Source: a bacterium
GTDB taxonomy: Bacteria; Babelota; Babeliae; Babelales; JAUWHS01
Direction of reading: 5' to 3'
Length of the DNA: 21,009 nt
NCBI GenBank assembly: GCA_043818275.1
Contig: JBDRFY010000004.1
Location: 1-21,009 of the forward strand
Of this stretch, positions 1-8,588 are shown one piece after another. Each line of letters starts with the position of its first letter. Position 1 is the stretch's first letter. Position numbers and translations under genes: made by a program. A model generated the notes under the pieces. The model saw only the letters and a program-made list of their open reading frames with translations. It was not told the DNA's origin and made no database searches.

Positions 1-1718
1 GCGGGGAGTTCTATAAAAAAGGTTGAGCCATTGCCCTCGCCTTCTGACTCGGCCCACACCCTGCCCTTATGGGCTTTTATAATCTGGCTGGCAATGTACA
101 GCCCGATGCCCCGCCCGGTAACGAATTCCTTTTTGGCATGCTCTCCCCTTTCAAAAGTGCTGTTAAAAAGTTTTTGCATTCTTTCTTTTGTCATTCCAAT
201 GCCCGTGTCTTTCACCTCAATTAAAATTTTATTTTCGCCGCCGGTATTATCTGTTTTTAGTTCTTCATTTTCTACTTTTAACTTTATTTCCACTCCCCCC
301 TTCTGCGTATATTTTATGGCGTTGTCAAATATGTTATACAGGGCTGCTTTCAACTTTTCCGTGTCACCCCTTATGGGTGGAATATTTTTCGGTTTTTCCA
401 GCTTTAAATAAATTTTCTTTGTGTCTGCTTGAAATTTTAATTCATTTGCTATTTCTTCCATCATCGGCCCCATCTGAATATCTTGTTTTAGCATAACTAC
501 CTCTTTTCCCAGCTGAAACTGGGTAATGTCTAAAAACTCGTTCACCATTTTAATCAAGCTGTTGGTTGAACCGCAAAATTTTTGTATTACCTCTCTTGTT
601 TCTTTGCTCTGCTTTCCGTAAACTCCTTTTAATATCAAGTCTGCGTACCCCATCATAGAAGTCAAGGGCGTCCTTAAATGGTGCTGAATTGTCAAAAGAA
701 ACTGATTTTTCGCTTTATCCAAATACTCCAACTCCTCCTTCGCTTTCTTCTCCACCTCGTAGGCCTCCTCCGTCCTCTCTTTGGCTTGTTTTTCCGCTTC
801 ATATGCTTTTTCCGTCTGTTCTTTGGCCCACTTCTCCACCTCATACGCCTGCTGAATCTCCTTAGCCAGTTTTTCAATCTGCTCCCTTTGCTTTACTTCT
901 TTCAAGATACTACGAGCAAGTAATATGCCAACAAAAAAAATAGCAATAAATAAGCCAGTGTTTATAAAAAAGTCTTGCGAATCATTCGAAAAAAATATTT
1001 TTATGGCCGATGCAACCCAAATTATAAAAATAAATAATTCAGTGGTAATCACCCTAATACCAAGAAGGTGATATTTAACAATAGCAAAGAATAAAACTAA
1101 AACACAAAGAAAAGCGGTAATATAGGGAAATGGAAATATAATATCAATACCATAAGCGGGCAGAAAAGCAAAAGATGTTATTGCTATAATAAAAAAAGTA
1201 AAAAGTATATAATTAGCTTGATTTTTTTGTATTCCCGCGGCTTTTCTTTGAAAAAAATAAATATTTAAAAAAGCTAAAACAATATAAAAAGCAAAAAAAG
1301 CTAAAAATATAGTGTGTAAGGGTTTTGCCTGAGCATGGACGCCCCAATTATATTTATATAATCCCGATATAAAATAATCTGTTGTACTTAAAATTGAAAA
1401 AAATAAAAAAATAAAATACCCTAAATATATAAAAAATTTTTTATTTTTAATATTTTCTGTAAAAAGAAGAGTAAAATGGTAAAATAAAATGGGAATAAAT
1501 ACCACTGCAGCATATACTATTTTGTCCCAAAAAATAGCGGCTCCTTCAGTTGTGCTTGAAAGCATCATAAAAGAAGCAAAAAGCCAAATCACCACAGAAA
1601 AAATAAAGAGTGAAAAAATCTGATTCAATCTAGAATTTATATTTTTAGCCAATGCGACTATTCCTAAAAAAAACGCTGAAACGGCTCCAATTAATGGAAA
1701 AAATGAATAAATATTCAT
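1..1718 (-). CDS. Membrane sensor histidine kinase (HisKA_7TM-like input, coiled coil, HisKA, HATPase_c); 3' end lies beyond the window edge
   Basis: Not in the ORF track because there is no stop in the window. Manual translation from ATG 1718 gives MNIYSFFPLIG..., several TM helices, H-box QHHLRTPLT, N-box NIFDNAIKYT, G1 VKDTGIG, G2 GRGIGLYIA, and ends GSTFFIELP at the edge. Confidence 0.92.
   Translation of the reverse strand, partial: MNIYSFFPLIGAVSAFFLGIVALAKNINSRLNQIFSLFIFSVVIWLFASFMMLSSTTEGAAIFWDKIVYAAVVFIPILFYHFTLLFTENIKNKKFFIYLGYFIFLFFSILSTTDYFISGLYKYNWGVHAQAKPLHTIFLAFFAFYIVLAFLNIYFFQRKAAGIQKNQANYILFTFFIIAITSFAFLPAYGIDIIFPFPYITAFLCVLVLFFAIVKYHLLGIRVITTELFIFIIWVASAIKIFFSNDSQDFFINTGLFIAIFFVGILLARSILKEVKQREQIEKLAKEIQQAYEVEKWAKEQTEKAYEAEKQAKERTEEAYEVEKKAKEELEYLDKAKNQFLLTIQHHLRTPLTSMMGYADLILKGVYGKQSKETREVIQKFCGSTNSLIKMVNEFLDITQFQLGKEVVMLKQDIQMGPMMEEIANELKFQADTKKIYLKLEKPKNIPPIRGDTEKLKAALYNIFDNAIKYTQKGGVEIKLKVENEELKTDNTGGENKILIEVKDTGIGMTKERMQKLFNSTFERGEHAKKEFVTGRGIGLYIASQIIKAHKGRVWAESEGEGNGSTFFIELP
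723..848 (-). repeat. 3 x 42-bp in-frame tandem repeat (14-aa unit) in the kinase signalling helix
   Basis: AYEVEKWAKEQTEK / AYEAEKQAKERTEE / AYEVEKKAKEELEY; the Ala codons start at 848, 806 and 764. Confidence 0.85.
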
Positions 1719-1747
1719 AGATTAATAAAAATTATTTTATAAAAAAA

Positions 1748-2779
1748 TCAAAGATTTAATATTGGCTCTCCAAAACAGGTAAATGGAGCGTGATGAAAAT
1801 CATATTTTTTAGCCCAATCTTTTGTTATGTTTAAATAAGATGTTTCTATTTCTCCCACATGATGATTTTTATCTCCCTCTAATGTCATCATTATTGTTTC
1901 TACCAAACAGCCGAAAGCAATACCTTTCGGAACCCCTAAATAAAATTTTAAGTCAATGTCGCCTGTATCCACATATCCGCCGTCAATTCTAATCAAATCA
2001 GGGCGTTCTTTAATTAATTGGCGGGAAATATTTGCCGGCTGGGCAACATCATAAATTATTGCTCCTCTTTTAAGATGCTTGTTTTTAAGCAAGGCTGTGT
2101 GGTGAGATGTTGTTGTTATAACGAGGTCTGCCTGAGAAATATTATTTAAATCGGTAGAAACGACAAATAATTCTTTTGATAAATTTTTATTTTTTAATCT
2201 TCTTTTTATTGATTCTAATTTTTCATCGTTCTTTTCAATTAAAATCAGAGAATATCCTTTTTGGGCCAGAAAAGATGTAATCTCTCTCCCTATAATGCCG
2301 TAAGCGCCCACTATTGCAATTCTTGTTCTATCGCTGTCAAGCTTACGAATATCTAAAATTTTTTCAATGCCTTCTTCTGTTGCCGTGGCGGCATAAGTAT
2401 CGCCATGAGTTATATTAACTTTAACATTTGACTGAGACACAAGCCAGTTTCCTCCCTCTGTAACAGAGGTTGTAAGAGCGCCTAATCCCACAATATTTAC
2501 GCCTAATTTATTCTGGGCAAACAAGGTTGCTTTTAAAATTATTTTTTGCACCCTTTCTCTGGACAGCTCCATTAATTTTTTACTTGTAAATCCTATCCAA
2601 ATTAAATATCCTTTTATTTTTTTATTATTTCTGAATATTTCAAATTCCGAACAAACAGAAAAGCCCCACTTTTCAATAATTATATCAATTAATTTTTCCG
2701 GTAAAATCCAAGACAAAGGGATATTTTTTCTTATGTCTTTTATATCTCTCGGGTGAATCAAAAATGCAAATTTTTCCAT
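1748..2779 (-). CDS. Acyl-ACP reductase-like (COG5322-type) NAD(P)-dependent oxidoreductase
   Basis: N-terminal FAFLIHP, GLGALT, THGDTYAA, Rossmann motif IVGAYGIIG, DVAQPAN, and FGCLVET, whose Cys matches the catalytic Cys position of cyanobacterial AAR. Confidence 0.75.
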   Translation of the reverse strand: MEKFAFLIHPRDIKDIRKNIPLSWILPEKLIDIIIEKWGFSVCSEFEIFRNNKKIKGYLIWIGFTSKKLMELSRERVQKIILKATLFAQNKLGVNIVGLGALTTSVTEGGNWLVSQSNVKVNITHGDTYAATATEEGIEKILDIRKLDSDRTRIAIVGAYGIIGREITSFLAQKGYSLILIEKNDEKLESIKRRLKNKNLSKELFVVSTDLNNISQADLVITTTSHHTALLKNKHLKRGAIIYDVAQPANISRQLIKERPDLIRIDGGYVDTGDIDLKFYLGVPKGIAFGCLVETIMMTLEGDKNHHVGEIETSYLNITKDWAKKYDFHHAPFTCFGEPILNL

Positions 2780-2821
2780 TTTTTATTTTTTATATTAATT
2801 TTTACTTTTTTGCTCCCTCAT

Positions 2822-3796
2822 TTATAATTTTTTATCTATATCTTTTCCAAAAACCGCTGTTTCTATTCTTTTTATTCTTTCCTCTGATATTTCGGCGAAT
2901 GTTTTTCTTAGCCGTTGTTCAAAATCAAGGTCTTTTTTAGTTTCTTCTAATAACTTTTTATCAAATTCTATTTCTTTAAACATACTTTTGATAATTAAAT
3001 AGCTTAAAAACATGGAAATTACGAGCATTGTTCCATTCCAAATGTATTGCTCAAAAGAATTTGAAATCACAAAATTTAAAAGCAGTAAAGATAAAAATAA
3101 AATGACCAAAAATTGAGTCATCATTATTTTTACGCCAAAAAATTGATGTTTTACAGTTGAATATATAATAAATAACAAAAGAGGAGAATAAGTTATACTA
3201 ACCAGACTAGCAAGTTTAAAATTGTCGAAAAATAAAGGAAGGAAAAAATTAACGACGAATGCTAACAAACCAAAAATAGAAGAACCAATAAAAACTGAAA
3301 GAATCTGTTTCTTTTTAAAAATATCTGTCTCTTGTATTGATTTTCTCGCTAATTTATAAAGGCAAGCTACAATAAGCAATCCTATATATAAGGAATATAT
3401 TGGAAATAAAACACCCTTATTTCCAGTATATCCAAATGGTTCTAACACAGCGAAAGAAGTCACTACATAATTAGAAAAAGAAGATATAAAAAATATTACT
3501 ACAGAAAATGGTACTATAAAATAGAAAATAAATAATGGAGTTTTTTCTTTCACTAAATTATAAACCCATATTAATGCAAATGTTGCCACAAAAATTCCTA
3601 ATCCGTATGATAATAGACCATATACGCTGTATGCATAGATTCTCAATAAAAAATTATCAAGCAACCATATCGTTACGATAAAAGAAAAAATCAAAAAAGA
3701 AATATGTTGCTTCGATTTTTTTGCGTTCAAAAAGACAAAAAAAGTTAGCGTAAAATTAACTATGCCAAGGAATAAAATAATATTGGTTATTGCCAT
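2822..3796 (-). CDS. Kinase-less HisKA_7TM-like membrane sensor protein
   Basis: Same TM architecture as the kinase N-terminus (KHQFFGVK, SMFKE); ends in a short helical tail LDFEQRLRKTFAEI; no H-box. Confidence 0.8.
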   Translation of the reverse strand: MAITNIILFLGIVNFTLTFFVFLNAKKSKQHISFLIFSFIVTIWLLDNFLLRIYAYSVYGLLSYGLGIFVATFALIWVYNLVKEKTPLFIFYFIVPFSVVIFFISSFSNYVVTSFAVLEPFGYTGNKGVLFPIYSLYIGLLIVACLYKLARKSIQETDIFKKKQILSVFIGSSIFGLLAFVVNFFLPLFFDNFKLASLVSITYSPLLLFIIYSTVKHQFFGVKIMMTQFLVILFLSLLLLNFVISNSFEQYIWNGTMLVISMFLSYLIIKSMFKEIEFDKKLLEETKKDLDFEQRLRKTFAEISEERIKRIETAVFGKDIDKKL

Positions 3797-3804
3797 ATTT
3801 TATT

Positions 3805-4809
3805 TTATTTATTTTTTAAATTTCTATCAATTTTATTAAAAATTATTTTTTCTATTTTCTTTGTTTGTTCTTCTGCTATCTCGGCAAATGTTTTCCGTAG
3901 TCGTTGTTCAAAATCAAGATTTTTCTGCGCGTCCTCTAATAATTTTTTATTAAGTTCGTTCTCTTTGTAAACGCTTCTCAAAAATAAAACGCCGATAATA
4001 GTCAGCGAAATAGCTAAAATTATATTTAATATTAAATCCTGAAAATTTACCGAAAAAATAGTTCTAACAAATAATAAAATCCAAACACCAAAAGTCAATA
4101 ATTCACTGGCGAACACGCGAATATTAAAAAGATTATATTTTAAAATAGCATATGTGGTAAAAGCAACCCAAACAAAAGACAAAAAAGCAGGGATGTCGTA
4201 ATACGGAGACCACCCTAAAACAAAAGGTAAAATAGACACAATTATTATAACGCTGATTGTGAATATGGATGTGCCCCAAATAAAATATTTAAGCTGCGAT
4301 TTTTTATCATTGCCTACCTTAAAATATTTTTTAAAAAGGTTTGTTAATGCAATTAACAGCCCCAAAAGAATATAAGCCCTGCCTAAAAAATCAAGGCTTC
4401 CTGTGGCGCCTACAATATTAAATTCATTTGGAAATATTTCTTTTGCAAAAAGATTTGTAGTTATGGCAAAATAACTAATTATAAAAGCCACCAAATAAAA
4501 AACTGTGGCTTTTATTTTAAGGTTCTTCGTATTTCCCGTAAAATAATAGGTAAAAATATTAAAAGAAGGTATTGTTAAAATTCCTAACCAAGTAGATCGC
4601 CACCAATATATTGAGACAATAGAATATGGATTCCAAAAAAAATATGTTCCGCCGCAAAGAAAAGCGTATAAACCAGAAAACAAAGCTGTAACGCCTAACC
4701 ATATTTTTGCTTTATCATTTTTAGATTTTTTCCAAAGCAATAAAGCTAAAATTAAATTTAGAAAAGCGACGATAAAAAGAGAAATTCCTCTAATTTTTAA
4801 AATATCCAT
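3805..4809 (-). CDS. Kinase-less HisKA_7TM-like membrane sensor protein
   Basis: KSQLKYF, YAILKYNLFNIR..SELL, RSVYKE; tail LDFEQRLRKTFAEI. Confidence 0.8.
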   Translation of the reverse strand: MDILKIRGISLFIVAFLNLILALLLWKKSKNDKAKIWLGVTALFSGLYAFLCGGTYFFWNPYSIVSIYWWRSTWLGILTIPSFNIFTYYFTGNTKNLKIKATVFYLVAFIISYFAITTNLFAKEIFPNEFNIVGATGSLDFLGRAYILLGLLIALTNLFKKYFKVGNDKKSQLKYFIWGTSIFTISVIIIVSILPFVLGWSPYYDIPAFLSFVWVAFTTYAILKYNLFNIRVFASELLTFGVWILLFVRTIFSVNFQDLILNIILAISLTIIGVLFLRSVYKENELNKKLLEDAQKNLDFEQRLRKTFAEIAEEQTKKIEKIIFNKIDRNLKNK

Positions 4810-4959
4810 AACTTTTTAATTATTTTTTAAGTTAAAATTTACTCTTTTTTTATTATACACTAATTTTTAGAAAAATACCTGTTTTGATTTGATAAAATAG
4901 GTTTATGGAGTTGAGGATTTTTTACTTTGAATTTCTCAAAGTATTCTTGGCTCTGTGTT

Positions 4960-4976
4960 CGCTCTTTTACAAGGAG
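4960..4976 (+). promoter_or_regulatory. boxA-like motif followed by Shine-Dalgarno
   Basis: CGCTCTTTTACA followed by AGGAG upstream of ATG 4984; a near-identical leader precedes the paralogue at 16061. Confidence 0.5.
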
Positions 4977-4983
4977 TTGAGCA

Positions 4984-5433
4984 ATGCCTCAACGCGCGTC
5001 GAAGTTAGCGGTTCTGGCGGCGGTGGTCGTTCTGTTTGCCTCGTTCGTGGGCTTTGTTCCACAGGCACGGGCAGCGAACTATGTCAGTTTTATTACGAAG
5101 GGTCAAAACCTTAAGCAGATCATGGGTAGCTTTGATTACTGGACTATCTACTACAACACCGATGGCACTCGTCCAACCTTAACGGCAGACGAACCAATGG
5201 GCGTATGGATACTCTGTGGCATTAACAAGACACCCACTCCTGTGACGCCAATGAGCGTCTATGTCTGGGGTCTGTTGCCAACAGGGAATCAATGCGGCTG
5301 GGTGTGGGTGGGTAATTACCAGATTAGCCCACAGAAAACCAATGTGTCGCTGACGGCCGGCAAGGGTCTTCAGTACAAGTTTGTGATTGCGAACTATCAG
5401 ACGACGACTCCCGTCTACATTCAAGTTCGCTAA
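4984..5433 (+). CDS. Secreted protein of unknown function (Sec signal peptide; beta-rich, Trp/Tyr/Thr-rich)
   Basis: Strong SD; signal peptide MPQRASKL...QARA/A; paralogue of 15651..16061. Confidence 0.8.
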   Translation: MPQRASKLAVLAAVVVLFASFVGFVPQARAANYVSFITKGQNLKQIMGSFDYWTIYYNTDGTRPTLTADEPMGVWILCGINKTPTPVTPMSVYVWGLLPTGNQCGWVWVGNYQISPQKTNVSLTAGKGLQYKFVIANYQTTTPVYIQVR

Positions 5434-5456
5434 CATCACAAGACCGCCACAAGTAA

Positions 5457-5504
5457 GGACAAAGGCAAGCACAGATAAGTATTTGCCTTTGCCCCCTTTT
5501 TTTT
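5457..5504 (+). terminator. Rho-independent terminator
   Basis: Stem CAAAGGCAAGCAC / GTATTTGCCTTTG followed by a T run. Confidence 0.75.
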
Positions 5505-5543
5505 GCTAAAATAAATCTTAATAAAATTAATAAAATATTTTAT

Positions 5544-5927
5544 ATGAATATGAATAAATTTTTTTATCTAAGTTTTTTTAAAATTGCGATTACTATAATA
5601 CTGCTTATAATTGTTTTTGGCGGGGGTCTGCTTTACGGATTCACTTTAACCGTTACAGAAAACGGCGTCATAGAACAAACCAGCTTATCAATTAAAATAA
5701 TAAATATCATTGGTGATATTATTTATTATCCTGTTCGTGTCGTCCTTAGTCCATTTAATAATAATTTCGAAATGACCCTGACTAATAACATAGATAACCC
5801 ATACATATTGTTTAATCCATACATATTGTTTGTTTCGATAATGTCCATATTGCTTACCGCCTTAGTATCGTATCTAATTAGTTGTGTTATTTCTATATTT
5901 ATCAATAAATTTATCAATAAAAAATAA
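5544..5927 (+). CDS. Small membrane protein of unknown function
   Basis: Hydrophobic N- and C-terminal helices; IIYYPVR and YLISC motifs shared with 15239..15592. Confidence 0.75.
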   Translation: MNMNKFFYLSFFKIAITIILLIIVFGGGLLYGFTLTVTENGVIEQTSLSIKIINIIGDIIYYPVRVVLSPFNNNFEMTLTNNIDNPYILFNPYILFVSIMSILLTALVSYLISCVISIFINKFINKK

Positions 5928-5943
5928 AAAATTTTTCATAACT

Positions 5944-6909
5944 TTATCTAAAATATTTAGACTTAATTTCTTTTTCTGCTATTTCGGCGTAAGTTTCACG
6001 AAGCCGTTTTTCAAAATCAAGATTTTTCTGCGATTCTTGCAATAGTTTTTTATCAATTTCAATTTCCTTGGAAACGCTGCGCATCAACATAATTCCTGCC
6101 ATAAAAACTAAAAACGCCAAAACGCCGTTTATCCAAAATTCTTGATAATTGCTTGATAAAACCACCCTAGCAATTACAAAAATCCAAATAGAAAATACTA
6201 AAAGTTCGCTTATTAAAAGTTTTATATTAAATAAATGATGTTTTGCAATTCCACAAGCAACAATTATCATTCCAACAGCGCCCAAAAAATTGGTAACCGG
6301 CGGAATCATAATTCCATACCAAAGAAAATAATTTGGAGTAGCCCCTATAAATCCTATAATTGCTCCGACAAGAATATATTTAAGCTGAGCTTTATAGGAG
6401 GCATCCGCAGATGTTCTTTTAATTTCTTTGACTATAATATAAGCGGATAATAAAAGATAAAAATACCATACCGCTAAAAATGGGGCTAAAAGAACACCTG
6501 CTTTGGGCCAAAATTCAAAAAATAATTCTTTTTGCACATTTTTGACAATAAATGGAGTGAAATAATCTGTCAGCAAAAAGAAGAAAAATATAACATATCC
6601 GCCTATTAAGAGTTTCTTGTATTGTTTGATTTTGTTTGTAAACGCAAGTATTGAATGAAAAAATAAAATTGCGATGAAAATTGAAGCGCCCATTAAGAAA
6701 AAACGATGATTAAGCAAAATAAGGTTTTTATCTTTTAACAAAAACCATGCAAAATAAGCGTAACTCCAAATAGCCACTGCTCCGCAAAACAAAGCAAACA
6801 CTTTATTAACAAGCTGTTTTCTATTTCTAAAATAAACAATAAAACCTAAAATCGTGGCAACTAATGCATTAACTAAGGGATTTATTATATAAAACAACAT
6901 TCCCGACAT
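5944..6909 (-). CDS. Kinase-less HisKA_7TM-like membrane sensor protein
   Basis: NKVFALF..IWS, KAQLKYI, KHHLFNIK..SELL, RSVSKE; tail LDFEKRLRETYAEI. Confidence 0.82.
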   Translation of the reverse strand: MSGMLFYIINPLVNALVATILGFIVYFRNRKQLVNKVFALFCGAVAIWSYAYFAWFLLKDKNLILLNHRFFLMGASIFIAILFFHSILAFTNKIKQYKKLLIGGYVIFFFFLLTDYFTPFIVKNVQKELFFEFWPKAGVLLAPFLAVWYFYLLLSAYIIVKEIKRTSADASYKAQLKYILVGAIIGFIGATPNYFLWYGIMIPPVTNFLGAVGMIIVACGIAKHHLFNIKLLISELLVFSIWIFVIARVVLSSNYQEFWINGVLAFLVFMAGIMLMRSVSKEIEIDKKLLQESQKNLDFEKRLRETYAEIAEKEIKSKYFR

Positions 6910-7006
6910 ATTTTTATATTTAATTTATCTTTATAATTGACATCTTTTATTATATCACCTTTATCCGTTTATGAAAATAAAATAAAGATATAAATAGTCA
7001 AGAGAT

Positions 7007-7051
7007 TTGACATGTACGATTTTATGGTTTATGCTATATTTAGTTCTTTAA
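7007..7051 (+). promoter_or_regulatory. Sigma70-type promoter of the GreA-like gene, with a boxA-like motif
   Basis: TTGACA (7007), 17 bp, TATGCT (7030); GTTCTTTAA at 7043; SD AAGGAG before ATG 7095. Confidence 0.6.
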
Positions 7052-7094
7052 TTGCTCGTTTAAAATAGCTAATATCGCCAAGAAAGGAGAAATC

Positions 7095-7571
7095 ATGCCC
7101 AATAGACACTATTTTTTAAAAGAGGATCTTGAGGCACTAAATGAATCTATTAGAGATATAGACGACCGCATTAGAGATATATTGCAGCAAGCCGGAGGCA
7201 GTTGCCAAGAGGGCGCAGATACATGGCACGATAACTTCGAATATGAAGAAAGCCAACGTGGCGCGTCTATGTGGTCAAATCGCTTGCGAGAATTGGTTTC
7301 TTTAAGAGCAAGTGCTCATTTGATTATACCTTCTCTTACTGGCGACGAGGTTCTTATCGGTCGCACTGTAACAGTAGAAGATGAAATAACAAAAGAGAAA
7401 AGCACATTCCAAATCGGTAGTTATATGGCCTTGAAAAAAAGGACGGGACAAGAAGTGGTCTCTTACGCCGCTCCGCTTGCGAGCATCCTTATCGGCGCCA
7501 AAGTTGGTGAATCAAGAGAGGGTAAAGTTGGAGGCGAAATAAAAAAATTCAAGGTCATAAAAATAAAATAA
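7095..7571 (+). CDS. GreA/GreB family transcription elongation factor (divergent)
   Basis: N-terminal coiled coil with tip ADTWHDNFEYE; C-terminal VLIGRTVTV and VSYAAPLASILIGAKVGE. Confidence 0.85.
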   Translation: MPNRHYFLKEDLEALNESIRDIDDRIRDILQQAGGSCQEGADTWHDNFEYEESQRGASMWSNRLRELVSLRASAHLIIPSLTGDEVLIGRTVTVEDEITKEKSTFQIGSYMALKKRTGQEVVSYAAPLASILIGAKVGESREGKVGGEIKKFKVIKIK

Positions 7572-7577
7572 TAAAAT

Positions 7578-7608
7578 CACGCAGAACCTAACGGTCACTG
7601 CGTTTTTT
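7578..7608 (+). terminator. Rho-independent terminator
   Basis: Stem ACGCAG...CTGCGT followed by a T run. Confidence 0.65.
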
Positions 7609-7733
7609 ATGTATTAAATTCTTTATGTCATGCTTCATATTTTTTTTCCGAAATGCTTTTTTCTTATAACTCCAAACTACATAAGAAAATTTTTAAATAA
7701 TATCTTAAATTTGTTTTTTTTAAAATGTTTTTA

Positions 7734-8168
7734 TTAGAGAAAAATTCTTTTTAGTCTTTTATAAATAATGTCTTTTTCGCTACTAAAATATGTTTTCACA
7801 TCCTTCTTGTCGGACCAAACAAAATCTGAATGTTCTTTGCTTAAAACAATAATAGGAGATGTCATATTTAATACAATTTTATAAGTATGTTCTGTAACGT
7901 TTTTTGTATTTCCAGTTCTTGTTTCAAAACTATATTTTTCTAAATCCACAAGCATTGCTTTGTTTTCGATATCGTTAATAGTAAGACCGGTTTCTTCCAT
8001 AACCTCTCTTTGTAGAGACGTTAAAATGTTTTCGTTTTTTTCAATTCCTCCCGAGGGAAGCTCCCAAACATTAGGCATAGAATCTTCTAACGAACTTCTT
8101 TTTATTAAGAGCAATTTTCCCGAGGCGTCGATAATAAGCGCCGCTATATTTGTTTTTTTAATAATCAT
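7734..8168 (-). CDS. NUDIX hydrolase (MutT-like)
   Basis: Nudix box GGIEKNENILTSLQREVMEETGL; LLIKRS; LSKEHSDFVW. Confidence 0.92.
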   Translation of the reverse strand: MIIKKTNIAALIIDASGKLLLIKRSSLEDSMPNVWELPSGGIEKNENILTSLQREVMEETGLTINDIENKAMLVDLEKYSFETRTGNTKNVTEHTYKIVLNMTSPIIVLSKEHSDFVWSDKKDVKTYFSSEKDIIYKRLKRIFL

Positions 8169-8230
8169 AATTGTTTTTTACTTTTTATTTTATTGATAAC
8201 ATTAAAAAATGAATTAATATATAAATCAAC

Positions 8231-8438
8231 CCTTCCCCTAATTCCTAAAATTTTTTTAATTGTTTCTTCGCTTATAGGCATAATTGTTTTTTTTTAAATT
8301 TTTATCCTCGGCAATGCTTGTTTTCATTTTTTTATTTTACCACAAGAAATGCAAACAAAAAAGACGGCCAACCCGCCTCTCATTTTTTATCGCCTCCAAA
8401 TAATATTTTTAATGAAAAATGGTGAAAAATGGTGGCTG
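8231..8438. repeat. Copy 1 of a 130-200 bp intergenic element
   Basis: Near-identical to 13724-13895 and 17714-17848 (core CACAAGAAATGCAAACAAAAAAGACGG...TTTTTTATCGCCTCCAAATAATATTTTTAATGAAAAATGGTGAAAAATGG). Confidence 0.9.
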
Positions 8439-8500
8439 AAAAATGGTGGCTGTCCCCATTTTTTGGCTGTCCCCATTTTCCATCCATTTTTCCCATTTTT
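8414..8500. repeat. REP-like hairpin with nested partial copies
   Basis: Full AAAAATGGTGGCTGTCCCCATTTTTT at 8439-8464, preceded by growing 5' fragments and followed by 3' fragments. Confidence 0.88.
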
Positions 8501-8516
8501 CTCGGCTCACTAAAAT

Positions 8517-8545
8517 TTGACAATGATAATTATTTATACTATATT
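8517..8545 (+). promoter_or_regulatory. Sigma70-type promoter of the NDK-like gene
   Basis: TTGACA (8517), 17 bp, TATATT (8540). Confidence 0.65.
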
Positions 8546-8588
8546 AAAAAAGATCGAGTTTGTCATCTATTTCCGAAAGGAGATTAAC

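Noticed and set aside
31..923. ORFs 31..411, 188..496, 678..923 and 692..877
   Set aside because: Shadow or alternative-frame ORFs over the minus-strand histidine kinase.
8517..8588. N-terminal extension of the NDK ORF from TTG 8517
   Set aside because: That TTG is part of the -35 box; the SD and homology point to ATG 8589.
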